DNA of 64,000 bases, from positions 36,210,001 to 36,274,000 of the forward strand of contig CM052817.1 of the NCBI GenBank assembly GCA_028534125.1. Reading direction: 5' to 3'. Made by a program: the position numbers and the translations under genes. Under the pieces are notes generated by a model. The model saw only the letters and a list, made by a program, of their open reading frames with translations. It was not told the DNA's origin and searched no databases. Shown piece after piece: positions 23,801-38,800 of the stretch. The number at the start of each line of letters is the position of its first letter. Position 1 is the first letter of the stretch. This DNA is from Lama glama (Eukaryota).

Positions 23801-26800
23801 CAATTAGGAGCAAATAACTGCAAAGAAAGAGAAAAGGAACCCACATGTGTTTTAACAAAGGCATGCTCTCCGACCGCACTGACTCTGAGGACCACCCATG
23901 GGATCAGCAATGTCCAGGAGTGTGCATGTGTCAGTGTGTGGCCAGGCCACTCAAGGTGGCTGTTCTTTGCTCTCTGGACATGCCCTGCCTTACCTGTGCC
24001 TGCTTCACCTACACCCTACTCACATGACTGACCTTCCTACATACTTGCCCCAGGTCCTGGCTAATGATTGCTCTAACTTTAGATCTCCACTGTGATAGCT
24101 TTTCATAGGGGTGATGAAGGGCATGCCCCTCTGCTGGTTTCCCTGGTAACTGATGAGTCAACCTGAAGTCAACCCCCTCTGTAGCAAAGACTGCCCCCAT
24201 GTCCTGCCCGCTGTCTGCCACACACGGTGGAGGGTGTCTCCAGACATGTGAGATCCCCCTATGCGTTAAACCACTGATGTCTCTGTTGCTGACTGTAGGC
24301 TCTTTCTTCGGTCCTGAGGCTGGGCAAGTACAGGACTTGTAGGCCTGTGGGGTGCAGCCCAACAGTCAGCAACTTATTTAAATGGTGGAGAAAGAAAAAA
24401 GGCAGATGAAGAAAGAAAGTGTGCCACGGACCCACCTCTATCATACAACTCGTTTGCTCACAAACCAACAATGGCTTTGTATCACCTGTTGAATGAACTC
24501 TAAATATCTCAAATTTTCAAAGATTTCTACAATCTAATCCCCCAGCTAGCGGGTGTGGGATCATCCAAATGAAGCTTCCCGCAGCAATGGCCCTGTCCAG
24601 CACTCAGACCTACTCACGCACTCACCATTTTTGGCCTGAAATAACCACCCGGGTTTAGCCGTCACTTGACAGCACAACTTGCACTTCTGATTATGTCCTT
24701 GACTCTGCTTTCTAGTATCCAAATCTTAGTGGGCTTCCCAGCTCAGCCCTATCCTGTATCTGTCCTCCCAGATGCATCCATCCATGTGGATTTCTCTGAA
24801 CTCCTTCAAATTCAATTACTCAACTTTGTCTTCAGATTTCATTTAGGGTTGCATATGAGAACAGTGTATCACCCTAAACAAACTGTGTTGTATTTCAGTA
24901 TTCCTGCACAGACTGCCTCTCAACTATTAAGTCGATTCAACTGATGATTCAAAGAAATATCTACTGAATAAGGAGAGAAAGTGAGAGTGACAGGGAGAAA
25001 GAAGCGGAGAGACAGAAAGAGAAAAACTCAACCCAGAAAGAGACAGAGAGCAATAGGGCAGAGACAAAAAGTACTCGAAGAGAAATACTTTTATAAAGAT
25101 ACGAAAAGTAGGCTTAAGTCCGAACATCTGCCTCATCTGCAGACTACGTCACAAACTGCCTACGTCTGCGCGAGATCACTCTTTCCCCACCCAGTGGATT
25201 CAACATATAGCGCGTTAGGATGACTCACCAGAATTTGAAGAGATTCTTCGTGTGTCCTTCCTCAGGCTGTGTACCTAGCCCACAGTTAGCTCCTAACACA
25301 ATGCACACATTACCTTTTCTGAAACCTGATGCAAAAGCTCAGACGCCCTTTGAAAGACTGAAGGCGATAGACGTACTAGATACACATACATATGTTATCA
25401 AGTGGTCATCAAAATCAGGAGGGAAGAGAAGTCACCTGCGCCAACAAATCCACTTTATGAGCTGCTATAATTTTCCCAATTCTAAAAACATTATCAGACT
25501 CCATGGAATAATATGACTGTTCTTATTAAAGAAATCATTTGCTGTTAGTGAAAGTACCAACATTATATAGATAAAGGATAGTGCTTTCAGCTCTAAGAGA
25601 TTCTTATCAAGTAAGAGTTTTCATTGAAACACCTACTTGAGACCAGACTAGCCACTATATTAGGTTTCCAGAGTCAAGATAATTTCATCATCTGAAGCTA
25701 TTTTTGTTGGGTATGTGGCAACTTCAGCGTCATTTCACTAAACTCTGATATTATAGCTCACACCTTCCCCAAAGCTGAGGCTTCCTGGATAGTCTGAAAG
25801 GTTTACATCAAAAAGAAAAGATTATCCAATGTTAAATTAGACAATATCGGCCTCTAGAGATCTCTAAAAATGTAGACAAATGAAAGAAGAGACTTGTTAG
25901 TTTTTCAATCATTCCTAGCTTTAAAAGGGAAGATTTATGGGAGGAAGCCAAGGTGGATCACTTGGATACAGAGAATTTCATAGGATCTCTGTTCGCATCT
26001 TTGCAATGATTTACAGAAAGTAGTCAACTAAAGGCAGAGTGAATTGGCTTCAATTTCCCAATATTCTTAAAACAGCATTCAACTTCTCTACATTTGTAAC
26101 TTTCCCACAGTTCTAACTGAACCCCTGCTTTCCTCTATGAAGGCTTCCCTCCTCACGACCCTCCCAGGCAGAGACTGCCATTCACCTTTCCCTACCCTTA
26201 CCATTTCTTTAAGCCAAGAAGCTTTGTCTCTGGCCAGTGTGCTAGTGGTCCCTAAACCCTCAGCTCAAGAGTCTACCTTCTATTCTAATAATCTATAGCT
26301 CCTCCAAGAATGTACATTTTTGCTGTCTTTGTTTTTTATTTATTTCACAACTTCTTTCTTCCTGGTTCTCATTGTAGGCGACCTCAAGTTCACTGGTGAT
26401 TAAAGTTGGCATAAGTAACTAAACAAACTACTGATATAAGGCGTCTCTCCTAATACAACAAACTAGTGAATACAACAGAAAAGAAGCAGACTCACAGACA
26501 GAACAAACTAGTGGTTACCAGTTGGGGGGAGGAGGGGCAATACAGGGAGATACAAACTACTGAGCGTAACAGGCTCAAGGATATGTTGTACGACACGGGG
26601 AATATAGCCAATATTTTGTAATAACTGCAAATGCAAAGTAACTTAAAACTGTACAAAAAATTTAAATGCAAAAAAATCCTATTAAAATATGAATTTATTT
26701 TTTAAAAAAAGACACCTCTCCTTTGAGATATATAAAAATTTCCAGCTCTAAACATAATCACCTGGGTATCACACAGACATGTCAAAATCAACATCCATGA

Positions 26801-29800
26801 AATGAAACTCTTTTTCCCTTCTATGCTGCTCTACAGATCCTGTTTCCTGTTGATCAGCTGTCCAAGTTAGAAACCTCAGTGCTGTTATTAATACATGCCT
26901 CTCTAGGACCAACAACATACAATCAGACACCAGCTCCTGCCGACTGCGTAACCAACATGCAGCCAACTTCACATCCCTGCTACCTTCATCTCAGCCCTCA
27001 CCACCTGCTACCTGAGCTACCTCAACAGCCTCCTAATGGGTCTCCTCGCATGTGGCCGATTTCCACATGGCCACCAGTTAACTTTCTAAAACAGAGATCA
27101 ACCACGTCCCATCCAAACCCATTTAAAGCCTTGACAAGCTCCACCGCAATATCACTGCACCCACCCTCCCCCCACACACAAGCCCCACCCGACAAGTACT
27201 CATCAGTCTCTACCATGTGTTAAGTTTGAGAATCTGACTCACATTATTCCCTCTGTCTACATGTTTCTCCCACTCGCACTCTTCAATGTCTGGTAAAAGT
27301 GTTGTGGCCTCGCATCCTGATTGGGTGGCACTTGGCCTGTCACTTTCCTATCACACATGCCATAATCCACTGCAATCATTTATTACAATGACTCTCCCCA
27401 GGTAGTCTTGAGTATAAAAGTTACTCATTTCCTACACCCAGCAACATGCCTGACATACAGCAGACACTCAGGGTTTGTAAACTAAATTAATTAATATGCA
27501 GATGGCCAACAAGCGCACTCACAATACAAAGTAAACAAAACAGGATTTTCTTTCTCCTCCAAAGAGAGAACACAGAGAAAATTATCCTGAAAAAAATTAG
27601 ATATACTTGAATTAATTTTCATGAGGCAGAAAGAATTTAATTAAAAACCTGTATTACAAACTCTTCAGCAATAAAACCACAATAATAGAAAGCACCTTTA
27701 TAACATTCACTTACTCAACACATATTTTTTTGAGTATCTTTGTGCCAGGCACTCTGCTGGATGTGGGAAATCTTGTGCTAGATGCTGGGCATTCATTCAT
27801 TCCAGAATGTTTTCCTATCATCTCACTTTAGTGTTACAACCATCCCATGAGGAAGGCAGGACAGTTGCTATAACCCCCATTTTACAGATGAGAAACTGAG
27901 AGCAGACAGTCTACCTGGTTTGCTCAGGGTCAAAGCCAGGAAGATGGAGATCTAGAACTAAAACACTTCTCTCTTCAGTCCAGGTCTGGCGCTTCCTTTC
28001 CTATTAAGCCTGCAAGTTCTGGCTCTACCACCCTTATTTCCTCTGAAGAAGGGATTAAAATTCAACTTCAGTCTTGGTCTTAAAAGTAAAAGTGCAGAGA
28101 AATGATGTAGAGAGGTCTGCAGTCCAGGGTGAGGACTAACCTGTTATCCTTGCACACGGTCACCTTGTCTCCCCCAGGTATCAGCTGCTTCTGTTCAATC
28201 ACTCCATAGCTTTCTCGACAAATCTATATTTGAGAAGGAAGAAAAAGAAGTTTCAGTTTGTTTACAACTTATCTTTCTAGACCCCACGTGACTGACAGAA
28301 CCCTTGAGAACAAATGTAGCTTAATGACAACTGATTACCACAGAACATTCTTGGGAGGAGAAAAGAAACTGAATGAGAAAACACTGGCACCCTAAAAGAC
28401 ATCTTCTGTTTTAAGACATGAAGCTGTCAACAAATGCAATCAAAGAGAAAATGACATGAGCTCTAGAAAAGAAATTTTATGTATAGGAATAAAGAGGATT
28501 AATGCTTTAGTAATTTTCTTAAGTGCATAGATTAATCATTCATTCACTTATTCAACACATTTACTGAACTCCCATAATATTCAAGACACTATGACTACCC
28601 TATGACCCACCAATTCCACTCCTGAGTACACATCTGAAAAAAACAAAAACACTAATTCAAAATGATACATGTACCCCAGTGTTCATAGCAGCATTGCTTA
28701 CAATCACCAAGATACAGAAGCAACCTAAGTGCCCATCAACAGATGAATAGATAAAGAAGATTTGGTGTATATATATACAGTGGAATACTACCCAGCCATA
28801 AAAATAATGAAACTTTGCCATTTGCAGCAACATGGATAGACTTGGAGGGCATTATGCTAAGTGAAATAAGTCAGAGAAAGCCAAGTATTGTAATGATATC
28901 ACTTACCTGTGGAATCTAAAAAACACAACAGACTAGTGAATATTAAAAAAAGGAGCAGACTCAGAGATCTAGAGAACAAACTAGTGGTTAGCAGTGGGGA
29001 GAGGGAAGGAGGGGCGAGTAGGGGTAAGGAATTAAGAGGTACAAATTATTATGTATAACATAAGCTACAAAGATATATAGTACAACACAGAGAATATAGC
29101 AAATATTTTATAATAACCATAAATAGAGTATAACCTTTAATAACTGTGAATCATTTTGTACACCTGTAAAATATATTGTACAGCAATTATACTTCAATTT
29201 AAAAAAAGACACTGTGACTAAAGTAAGTTCATTCAGGGAAGTCTGAATTTATTCTTTTGTTTGTTTTTTGTTTTTGTTTGGATTTTGAACAATTTTATTT
29301 TTGCTTTTATTATTTACCGAGTATCAAGGGAATGTAATCAGGATTGAAATGCTCCCAGAACCCAGGAAGATTTTCTTCCTCACTGCCTCAAAGGGCCACC
29401 TGAACTTAAAACGTTTTTCCCCTCTCAATCATGAGTTTATTCTTTGATTTGGAGAAAAATTAATGTTAATTATGACTTGTAAACATGATGAAAGAGACAG
29501 CTACAATCATAAGTAAACTGTGGAAATCCTTACCGTAAAGTTGAGGCAGAAAGTCTCCTCAATATCTTCCCCAGGGTAATCTAAAAGTTCTTGAAGACTC
29601 CTAATCACAGAAGGACAGAGAAAGGAAAAGAGGCAAATCAGACATGGCAACAGCGTCTGAATCTCAGTCACACATCCAGACTGTTTATAATGAAAAGCTG
29701 TAAAAGAAGATTCTAGAACGAATATAAACCCAGACTGACAGAAAATGGTGTTAACTATATCTTGAAAAAATATGGCAGTTGACTTGTAAGACATTCATTC

Positions 29801-32800
29801 ATGGCTGTCTGTTCCTACTGACAAATCTTACTGAATTTATGGAAGAATTCAGATGGATTTCCCCAATACACTTGTGTTAACCCTGGTATTCCTTGGAAGC
29901 AGATGTATGAGGAGATGGTACTGCAATGGTCCTCTAGTCTGGCTTTAACCACATGCACTAGCAAAATAGCCCTTTTGTCATCAAAAAAGTTACAAAGTCA
30001 CTCCATCCACTTCGGAATCTTAATGGCTTACTTGTTAATGCAAGGGACTCTGTGGTAAAGCACTCTATTTAATCAGCCATACTAAAGAACACTGAAACAC
30101 GTTTATGCCAATGAGGGTCATGCTGTGGCCCTCACGAGAACACATTCCTGTAACCAGACCTCATTCTCACTTTCTTCCTGAGTGAGCTCCGAGTCTGGTG
30201 GTTCCATAAAGAGTTGCCTAGGAGGAAAATTCTTAGTGTGGAATTTAAATCTGCTTCCAGTTAACCAGCCAAGATCATTACTTGAAATACATCATTCCCA
30301 GCCAGGTTGGCAAAGAAAACAGCACAAATTTCTGTCTCAGTTACCAAAAAAGGAACCTTTGCCTGTGTCTCCTCTGCCATTTTTTTATACTCTTTCTAAA
30401 TTTTCTTTTCCTCTCTCTGGGCCCCCACTCCACCCAGCCTTTACAATTTCTCCCTATTGGTGTTCGATACTGGTGGTGTGACAGTCTCATTTCCAGAGGG
30501 CACCTTAGAGACCACTCCTCCTCTATTGCCATCTGAAAATTGGTATTCTTTCTCCATAAAAAGGGATGTTCCTGCCTGTTGAAGTCAAAAGAATATGGTG
30601 TCTTTTTATGTACTTCATCTTACGCTACCTGAAATCAATACAGATAAACTCAGGATAAAGGAGCTTTTAAGAGCCAGAAAGAAAATAACCTAAAAACATG
30701 GCTCTAATACTTCGGAAAGGTCTACAGGTTCCTTAAAAGGCTAAACATAGAGCTACCATCTGACCAAACAATCCCACTCCTGGGTACTCACCCAAGAGAA
30801 ATGAAAACTCATGCCTACACAAAAAGGATGCAAGAACACCCACAGAGGCACGAGTCCATAAGAACCAGAAGGAAGAAACCAGTCAAACGTCCACCAACTG
30901 ACGAGGGGACAAACAAAATGTGGTATAACCATACGATGCAATATTATTTGGCAATAAAAGGAATGAAATGCTGATACAGACCACAACTTAGAGGAACCCT
31001 GAAAGCATGCTGTGTGAAACAAGCCAAACACAAGAAAGCACATATTGTATGACTCCATTTATGTGAAAATCCAGAATAAACCAGTCTATAGAGACAAGAA
31101 AGTAGGCTGGTGGCTGCTGAGGGCTTGGGGACAAGGAAACTGGGGGTGTTGACTAAGGAGCTCCAGGCTTCTTTTTCGGGTGATGAAAATATTCTAAAAT
31201 TGACTGTGGCAAAGCTGAATAACTCCATGAATGTACTATAAGACACTGAATTACATACTTTAAGTGGGTGAACTGTGTGGTATGTGAATTACATCTCAAT
31301 TAAACTAGTTTCTAAAAAAAGCTCTGTAAGAGAACAGAACATACATATATTCTTCTCTGCCCCCAGTTCCTTGGTACAGAGCTCCCCAAAACCCTGTAAA
31401 TCCCTAAGTGAGAAGGGTACTAGGAGCGTCTTTTGTTCTGATGCAGTGACTCTGGGTGGGTCCTGGCTGGGTGCTGAGGATCAGAAAGACCCAGCCATGA
31501 TCAGATACTTAGAATTTTCAGCCCATTCTCCAGAGATGGGTGAGGGGCTGGAAATGGAGGTCATAACTGATCATGCCATTGTGAGGAAGTCTCTGTCAAA
31601 TCCCCACAGTAGGGGGCTCCGGAGCTTCCAGGTTGGTGAGCACATCCACATCCGGAGGGCGCCACACCCCAACTCCACGAGGTCAGGAGCTGCTCCTGCG
31701 CTCAGGATCCCTCCAGACCTCACCCCACGTACCTCCTCATCTGGCTGTTCATCTATATCCTTTATCGTATCCTTTAATAAATTGGTGGACCTAAGTGTTT
31801 CCCTGAATTCTGTGAGCTGCTCTAGGAACTTAGCGAAACCTGAGGAAGGGGTCGTGGGAACCTCTGATTTGTAGCCCAGGGACAGAAGTTGTGGGGAACC
31901 TGGGGACCTACGACTTGCGGCTGGCTTCTGAGGTAGGGTGGGAGCAGTCTTGTGGGATGGAGCCCTTAACCCGTGAGATCCATCTCCGGGTAGATGTGTC
32001 AGAATTGAGCTAAATTTGTAGGCCACCCAGCTGGCACCGTGGAGAATTACTTGGTGGTGTGGAGGAAAGGCTCCCACACAGTCAGTGACCAGAAGTGCTA
32101 TGAGTGTGGTCATAGTGTGAAAGTCAAGGAGACACAGGGAGGAGAAACATAGAAAGACGGGGAGACCTGCAGGGTTTTTTAACACAGGTTCCCGTTTCAG
32201 TACTTTCTCCCCTGTATGTATGGACCACGACATGAACCTTCCTGCCCCCAGATGATGCAGGCAGAGCTTCAACCAAGCAGCTGCGGAGCTATGTCTTAGG
32301 ACGAGGCACACACCACGCAGTCTAACGATGAACTCTAACTCATACACGCGGCATTTCGACCTTTAATCCCAGGGCAGAGGCAGCCGGAGCCGTTCCCCAC
32401 GCCAGTGCCCCGTCTCCCGCGTTGTACCTTCCTTCCGTGGGTGACAGCTCTTTCAAGTCTTCCAGGCCAGGCTTCACGTTCAGCAGCTTCTTATAGAGCG
32501 CCAGCGGGAAGTGCAGGTCGACCACGGTGGAGTTGTAGATGGCGAGGCCACAGGTTATGCCAATCAAGTGAAACCAGTTGTGCTCTACAAAACACTGTCA
32601 GCACGTGTGCAAATGTGTGAAAAAGAAATGCAGTGTTGGTGGCCCTCAAAACCATCAGCCATTTACCTTAAAATATTTTCTGTATGAAAGAATGAGGATC
32701 TCACTGAGTTACCTTCTGAGGCAGAGAAACACCCTTGACAAAAGTTTGATTATCCCCAAAAGACACAATGTAGACAAAAGCAAGCATTTCTAGCTCTTCT

Positions 32801-35800
32801 GTGATACGCAGAACAGCGTATCCTCATTGGGAGCAATGTTGTCCAACAGAACTGTCTATAGTGATGGAAACATTCTATTCTGCACTGTCCCAGGTGGCAG
32901 CCACCAGCTACATGGGTCCTGTGAATGTTGGCTAGTACTACTGAGGAAATGACTCCAGTATGAAAAAAAGCCACATGATGTGAGTGGCCATCTTTCAGGA
33001 CAGTGCAGATCTAAGGAGCAAACTCTGGTAGAAAAAGAACTGAACTGTAGTCTGCTTAATATTATAACTGCCTTTTAAAACTCAGCTCCCCTGTAGAGGG
33101 ACAGGGCAAAAAAAATTTTTCCTCTATTACAGAATTTTCAATAATGAAGTATGAACGTGTGTATATCTGTATGAGTATTCATACACATACTATCACTGTT
33201 ATCGAAATAAGGCATATTTGACTATTACTTTTTAACATGTCATAAAACTAATTTCTTTATCCTACCATGTTCTTTCTACCCTTCAAGGATTCTAAAACTT
33301 GGAGCTTACCTACTAGGAATGGAAAAGGGGCTGATGGGGGACAAAATGCACTATGAGCCACAGGTGAAATATGAAGACTGGATATACTATATGGACATTT
33401 TAAATTATTATCTTTGTTATGTTCCCCTCTGTAAAATTCAGAAGTCTGGGGATTGGTCTTACAACAAAAAAGGAAGCTTAATTCAATCCTTCTGTTTAAT
33501 GGTGACACCAGTAACTTACCGTATCTGAAAACCACAAGAGATTTGAATCTGGATAGTAGGTAAACATTCCATAGATGGGATTCAACAGTTCTTTTAACAG
33601 TAAAAGAAAGAACTCTTTTGTGACACCACCAGCATCCACTGCTTCTTCACCATCAAAAATGACCTTAAAATAACGAACTTAGAATTAATATTTCAGGGAA
33701 ATCGCTGGCAATTTTTTTAAGCAAATTCTTTCCAAAGTCAGGACTAAGAAAGGAAAATATAACAGAGAATACAATGATTCAATGAAAACTACAAGGTGTG
33801 GCTACTGATTATTAACAAGGCACTTGCAAATGTACAACATTTTTACTAGGCACTTCAAGGCATACAAAGAAAGTTGTAAGTTTACTGTATGTCCCCAGAA
33901 AGTTTACCATCTATTTGGGGCAGGAAGGCAAACATATAAGAACCAATTCAAGAATACATTTTATCTTCAAGGTGTCAGATACACTGAGACATAAAGATTC
34001 TGGCACACAGAGAAACACTGTGATTAACCAGAGTAAAAGAAGAAATCTCTCGCAGTGGGTCACACTGAACTAACTGAAAGGGAGGAGAGCATTCTCAGCA
34101 GGCACTGACGGGGCCCCAGGAGAGGATATACACAGACCCCTCAGCAGACCCACACCAGGTACTCTGGACCCATAACAGTCATCACAGTGACGACCACAGC
34201 AAACCAACAGACGAGACTCACTGAGCGTTTACTCCATGCCAGCCAGCACCAACTATTACCCTAATCCTCAGAACGGTCTTGTGCATAGGGATTACTATCA
34301 TTACCCCCATTTTACAGGGAAGGGCTCAGGCCCAGAGCTAAAAACAGCATCTGAGAAAGCTTATCCTGGTGGCTCTGTTCAAGGTTGCCTAGAGCAGGAC
34401 GAGAGGAAGCATCTGATAAAAAGGCAAGCGGACGGCTTTACTCAAACAGGCACAAAGCAAGAACTGCCTCCGCTGATTTACTGATTGAAAACAGGGGCAG
34501 AGAGAGCCCCTCTTTTTGTAATATCAAAAGTCTAACCCAGAAGTTCTAGGGAGAACTCTCAGGCAGATTGATGGGACGGATGAGAACTACCGGACATCTT
34601 GCAAAGGGCGACAGTATCACGGAGAACATCAGTTTCTCGCCTATTATGTTTCAGAAACTGGAGTTTACAACAGAATTGGAAATAGAGTTACGAAAGCCTT
34701 CTGAAGGGAAAGGTAAATGACTTAAAACTTCAAATAATCCACTATATTGAACATTTACTGTGCTCCAAGCATTGTGCTGAGCCCCAGGCATACACAAACG
34801 TGCACTACGAGGAAAGACAATTTCTTAATTTAGTAATTTCAGAGTACTAAGAGTGCCTATCGTCACAGGCCACCGGCTACCCAGACGATTTCACTACGTT
34901 CTCTTTTTTTTTTTAGCCTTCTTTCTCTTAAATCTTTGACATCCAAAGACGTCCTAGATGCTGGCTTGACAGTTTTACCTAGTTGGAGTTTTAGTTGTGC
35001 TGTTGTTCGCTTGTTTTTGGTAGAGCTGGAGCAGGTACACTGAAGACAGCAGACAAAGACCCTATCATCCCTCAAGTAATCCACTGGCATTTTTATTTGC
35101 TGTTATGTTGAGATGTTCTGTTTGGTGATTTGACAGAAGGAGGTAATTAAATTCTTGTAAAATGAATTTAAAAAATAATGAATGGCTGCACTCCACGATG
35201 TAAATAAGATATTTGCTGCTTCATCAACACTGTTTAAAGAAGACCTAGGAAGGGGGAGGGTACAGCTCAGTGGTAATGCATGCGATTAGCAATTAGCATG
35301 CGAGGTCCTGGGTTCAATCCTCAGAAACTCCATTAAATAAACAGACAGATAGATAGATAGATACATACATACATACATACATACATGCATACATACATAC
35401 CCTAATTATCTCACACACACACAAAACACAAAAAACATAGGAAGGCACTTAGAGGAATATATGGAAGGGCGCGCACTTTGAGAGGCTTTTTCAAATCAAT
35501 ATCAGAATGAATGCTCAGCTCTCTCAGGGCATCTCCGACAAGGTTGTTCCTGCGAACGTGGAGGACCAGGAAGGGGCTTCTGGCCAGCAGAGGCTCCAAG
35601 GTGAGAAGCATAAAGACATTCTGCAGGTTGGCTCCGTTGACCGCCACCTGGAACAGCACATCCAAGAACACAATTACCACTCTGAGTGCACCTGGGAGCA
35701 AGGACAGCAGCAGCCGTGCCTCTGGACCCGGGCGGGGGGGGGGGGGGCGGGCTGACTGCATCTCCATTTTGTTCTTTGTTTCCCTCCTAACTTTTCCAGT

Positions 35801-38800
35801 AGATTTTGTAAGTTACTCATGATTACAAAACACACAAATCTTTCTAATCTGAACCCAAAGAGATTAACTGAAGCACTTTATAAACCATATGATCTATGGA
35901 TCTCATTCCAGGAAAATGATTTAGACTAAGCTGATTAAGAATGGAATAACAGTGCTGTGGAAGAAAGTGAGGATGGAGAGTGGGCAAAAGCCAGCACTTT
36001 CAAAGTGGCAGGCAAAGAAACCTCGCAACCACTTGCTAAATGGTTTTTATTCTTTGAAAAATGTCCATTTCCTCTGGAGAACTTTAAAGTTGTCCTTGTC
36101 ATGGATATATCACTGTGAAAACATATATATATGTATATATACATAGAGAGAGAGAGAGAGGAGCTACAGAGACACAGAAAGACAGGGAGAGGAAGATGAA
36201 TGAAGTTATGTATCCACCAACAGTAGAAACTGGGAGATTTCAGTTGCTAATTCACAAATGTCTTTGTAGGGCTGCCAAAACCAATTATATTTTACAACAA
36301 AAATGCATATTTAAAATAAGTTAAACAGATCTCCATAACTTGTATTTCTGTTCAATAAAGAATCACTAGCTCTATTTAATTATCAATCAGGGTCTGGCAA
36401 ACAACAGCCCACAGCCAAATCCAGCCTGCTCCATGTTTTTGTACAGCTTTTTAGCTAACAATGGTTTTACCTTTTTAAATAGTTGAAAAAAAAATAAAAA
36501 GAAGAATATTTCAGCACATGCAAAAATTATACAAAATTCAAATCTTCTGCTATGACAGAGGTGAAATGCTGAGATAAACTGCATGGTACACAAAGACAAA
36601 TATTTACTATGTGACCCTTTATGAAAACACTTGCCGACCCCCAGTTTATGTAAATGTGCATTCATGTGTATGTGTTATATTCAATACAATATTGCTGAAA
36701 ATATTTCTAATAGTTCTAAAGGTTATCATGGAACATCATCCCAAATAAACTTTCTAATAGGAAAAATTACAACTGATGTATAAGATGAAAGAAACCCAGT
36801 AAGAAGAGGAAATGATTTTTAAAATAGGTTACCTGCATCTGCAATTCAGCATCAGTCTGCAGCATTTTGGTCTTGGCTTGGGCATCAAAGATAAAAGGGT
36901 AGGAACAAAGTGTAACAGCATCCTGGAAAAAAACACATTAGTGGCAACATTATAGCATTTCACAGAGAATACTGCTAGAAAAATACATTAAATAAAGATT
37001 TAAAGGATCATTTACCTGTATTATAGATGGTCTAGCCTTCTGTGTAAAGAAAAATAAAAAGTCTTTTAGTTGGATTGCAAAATGTGAACTTTTTACCCCC
37101 CACAAAAAACAAAACACATAATCTGACCATTTGGCCACAGAATTAACACCATTTGAATGGCTGACCTGAATTTTGATAGAATACACCAGATGTTTTGAAG
37201 GACACAGGCTGAGAAAAACACTAAGAACAATTATTTTTTTAATTTTAAAGAGGACCTTTTCAAGCCATTTCAACAACTCCACAATTCACAGCATTAATTC
37301 TCGTTTATAAGAAATCTAATTCTAAAACAGGAGCTTTACAACCATGACTTCAGAGACTAATTTTGTTGGGTACAGTGGATAATGCAAATGTCATTTATGT
37401 GTCAGCAGGTTAAGTTTCCTTCATACACATACCCACACACATGCGCGTGTGCACGCACTGTTACTCTTGGGAGAAAATATTTAGAAAGCTGTCCCTGACT
37501 TGACACTTACACCAATGCTTGGCCTACAGAAGACACTCTATCAATATGTGAATGAAGTCTGATTAAACTTTTGAGGAAGGAATAACAGCACAGGCACATC
37601 TTGCTTTACTGCGTTTCACATTATTGTGCTTCAGAGACAGTCTTTTTTTTTTTTAAGACAAATTGAAGTTTTGTGACAAACCTATGTCTTGTAAGACCAT
37701 CAGCTCCATTTTTCCAACACCATTTGCTCACTTTTTGTCTCTATGTTACATTTTGGAAACTCTCGCAATATTTCAAGTTTTTTCAGTATTACTACCCTTG
37801 TATATATGGTGACCTGTGATCAGTGATCTTTGATGTTACTACTGCAAAAAGATTATGACTTGCTGAAGGCTAAGATGATGGTAGCACTTTTTAGCAATAA
37901 AGTATTTTTAATCAAGGTTTGTACATTTTTTAATATAATGCTATTATTACTCACTTAACAGACTACAGTGTAGCGTAAACATAACTGGGAAACAAAAAAT
38001 TTGTGTGACTTAATTTATTGTGGTGGTCTGGAACCAAACCCACAATATAATATCTCCGAGATATGCCTATAAATAAAAACAACCACAAACATATCTAAGA
38101 GGTGTGTTGCAAACATATATATCCAAGAGGCGTGTTAGTTTCATTTATCAGGAGAAAAAAGGAAATCTCTTCTGAAAGTTTTTGTTAAGTTAATGAATAA
38201 TGTTTGCTACATAACCTAGTAGAAACAAAAAATCAATGGTATAGACCATGTTGACAGGCAACAATATTTCTCAGACAGAAAACCATGGATTTCTTCTCAG
38301 AGATGAGATAACTCTATGAAATTTTTTGATTTTGTGGTGTTTTAAAAAAATGACATCCTAAACAAAATAAAAGCACATTATGGATGACCTCCTTATAATG
38401 GTGTGTTACCATATGATGTGCATTCATTCTAATGCCTGCACTGGTGCCATGTTATACTAAATAGTCCAGGGTAGTAGGGAAAGAAGAAAAGCGGTCTTCC
38501 TTTGTAAGTGATGATTTCGTGCCCAGGAAAAGGCCAGGGCAGTCCTGGCCCACTGCACTGCATGCATGAAGGTTCAACAGCAGGTGAAAGGGCAAAAGAG
38601 AGCTAAGTCACCCCAGGGTGGCCAGGCCAGGCCGCAGAACGTCCTCGTCACAGTGCAAGTGGGGTTTGCTTGCAGTAAGACATTCTTGCTCATCACATAT
38701 AAAGCAGTGAGGCTAATTTGTGCTTTACTGATTTTAGACTTTTGTTAGTTATTGTACATTTAGCCTGGTTTCCTAATGTTCAAACGCTATAGGAATAAGG

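Noticed and set aside
31275..32347. Long ORFs of 199 aa (+) and 258 aa (-)
   Set aside because: Both lie over a GC-rich MER21-like LTR and have no protein-like features; the 199-aa ORF also starts at a non-ATG codon.
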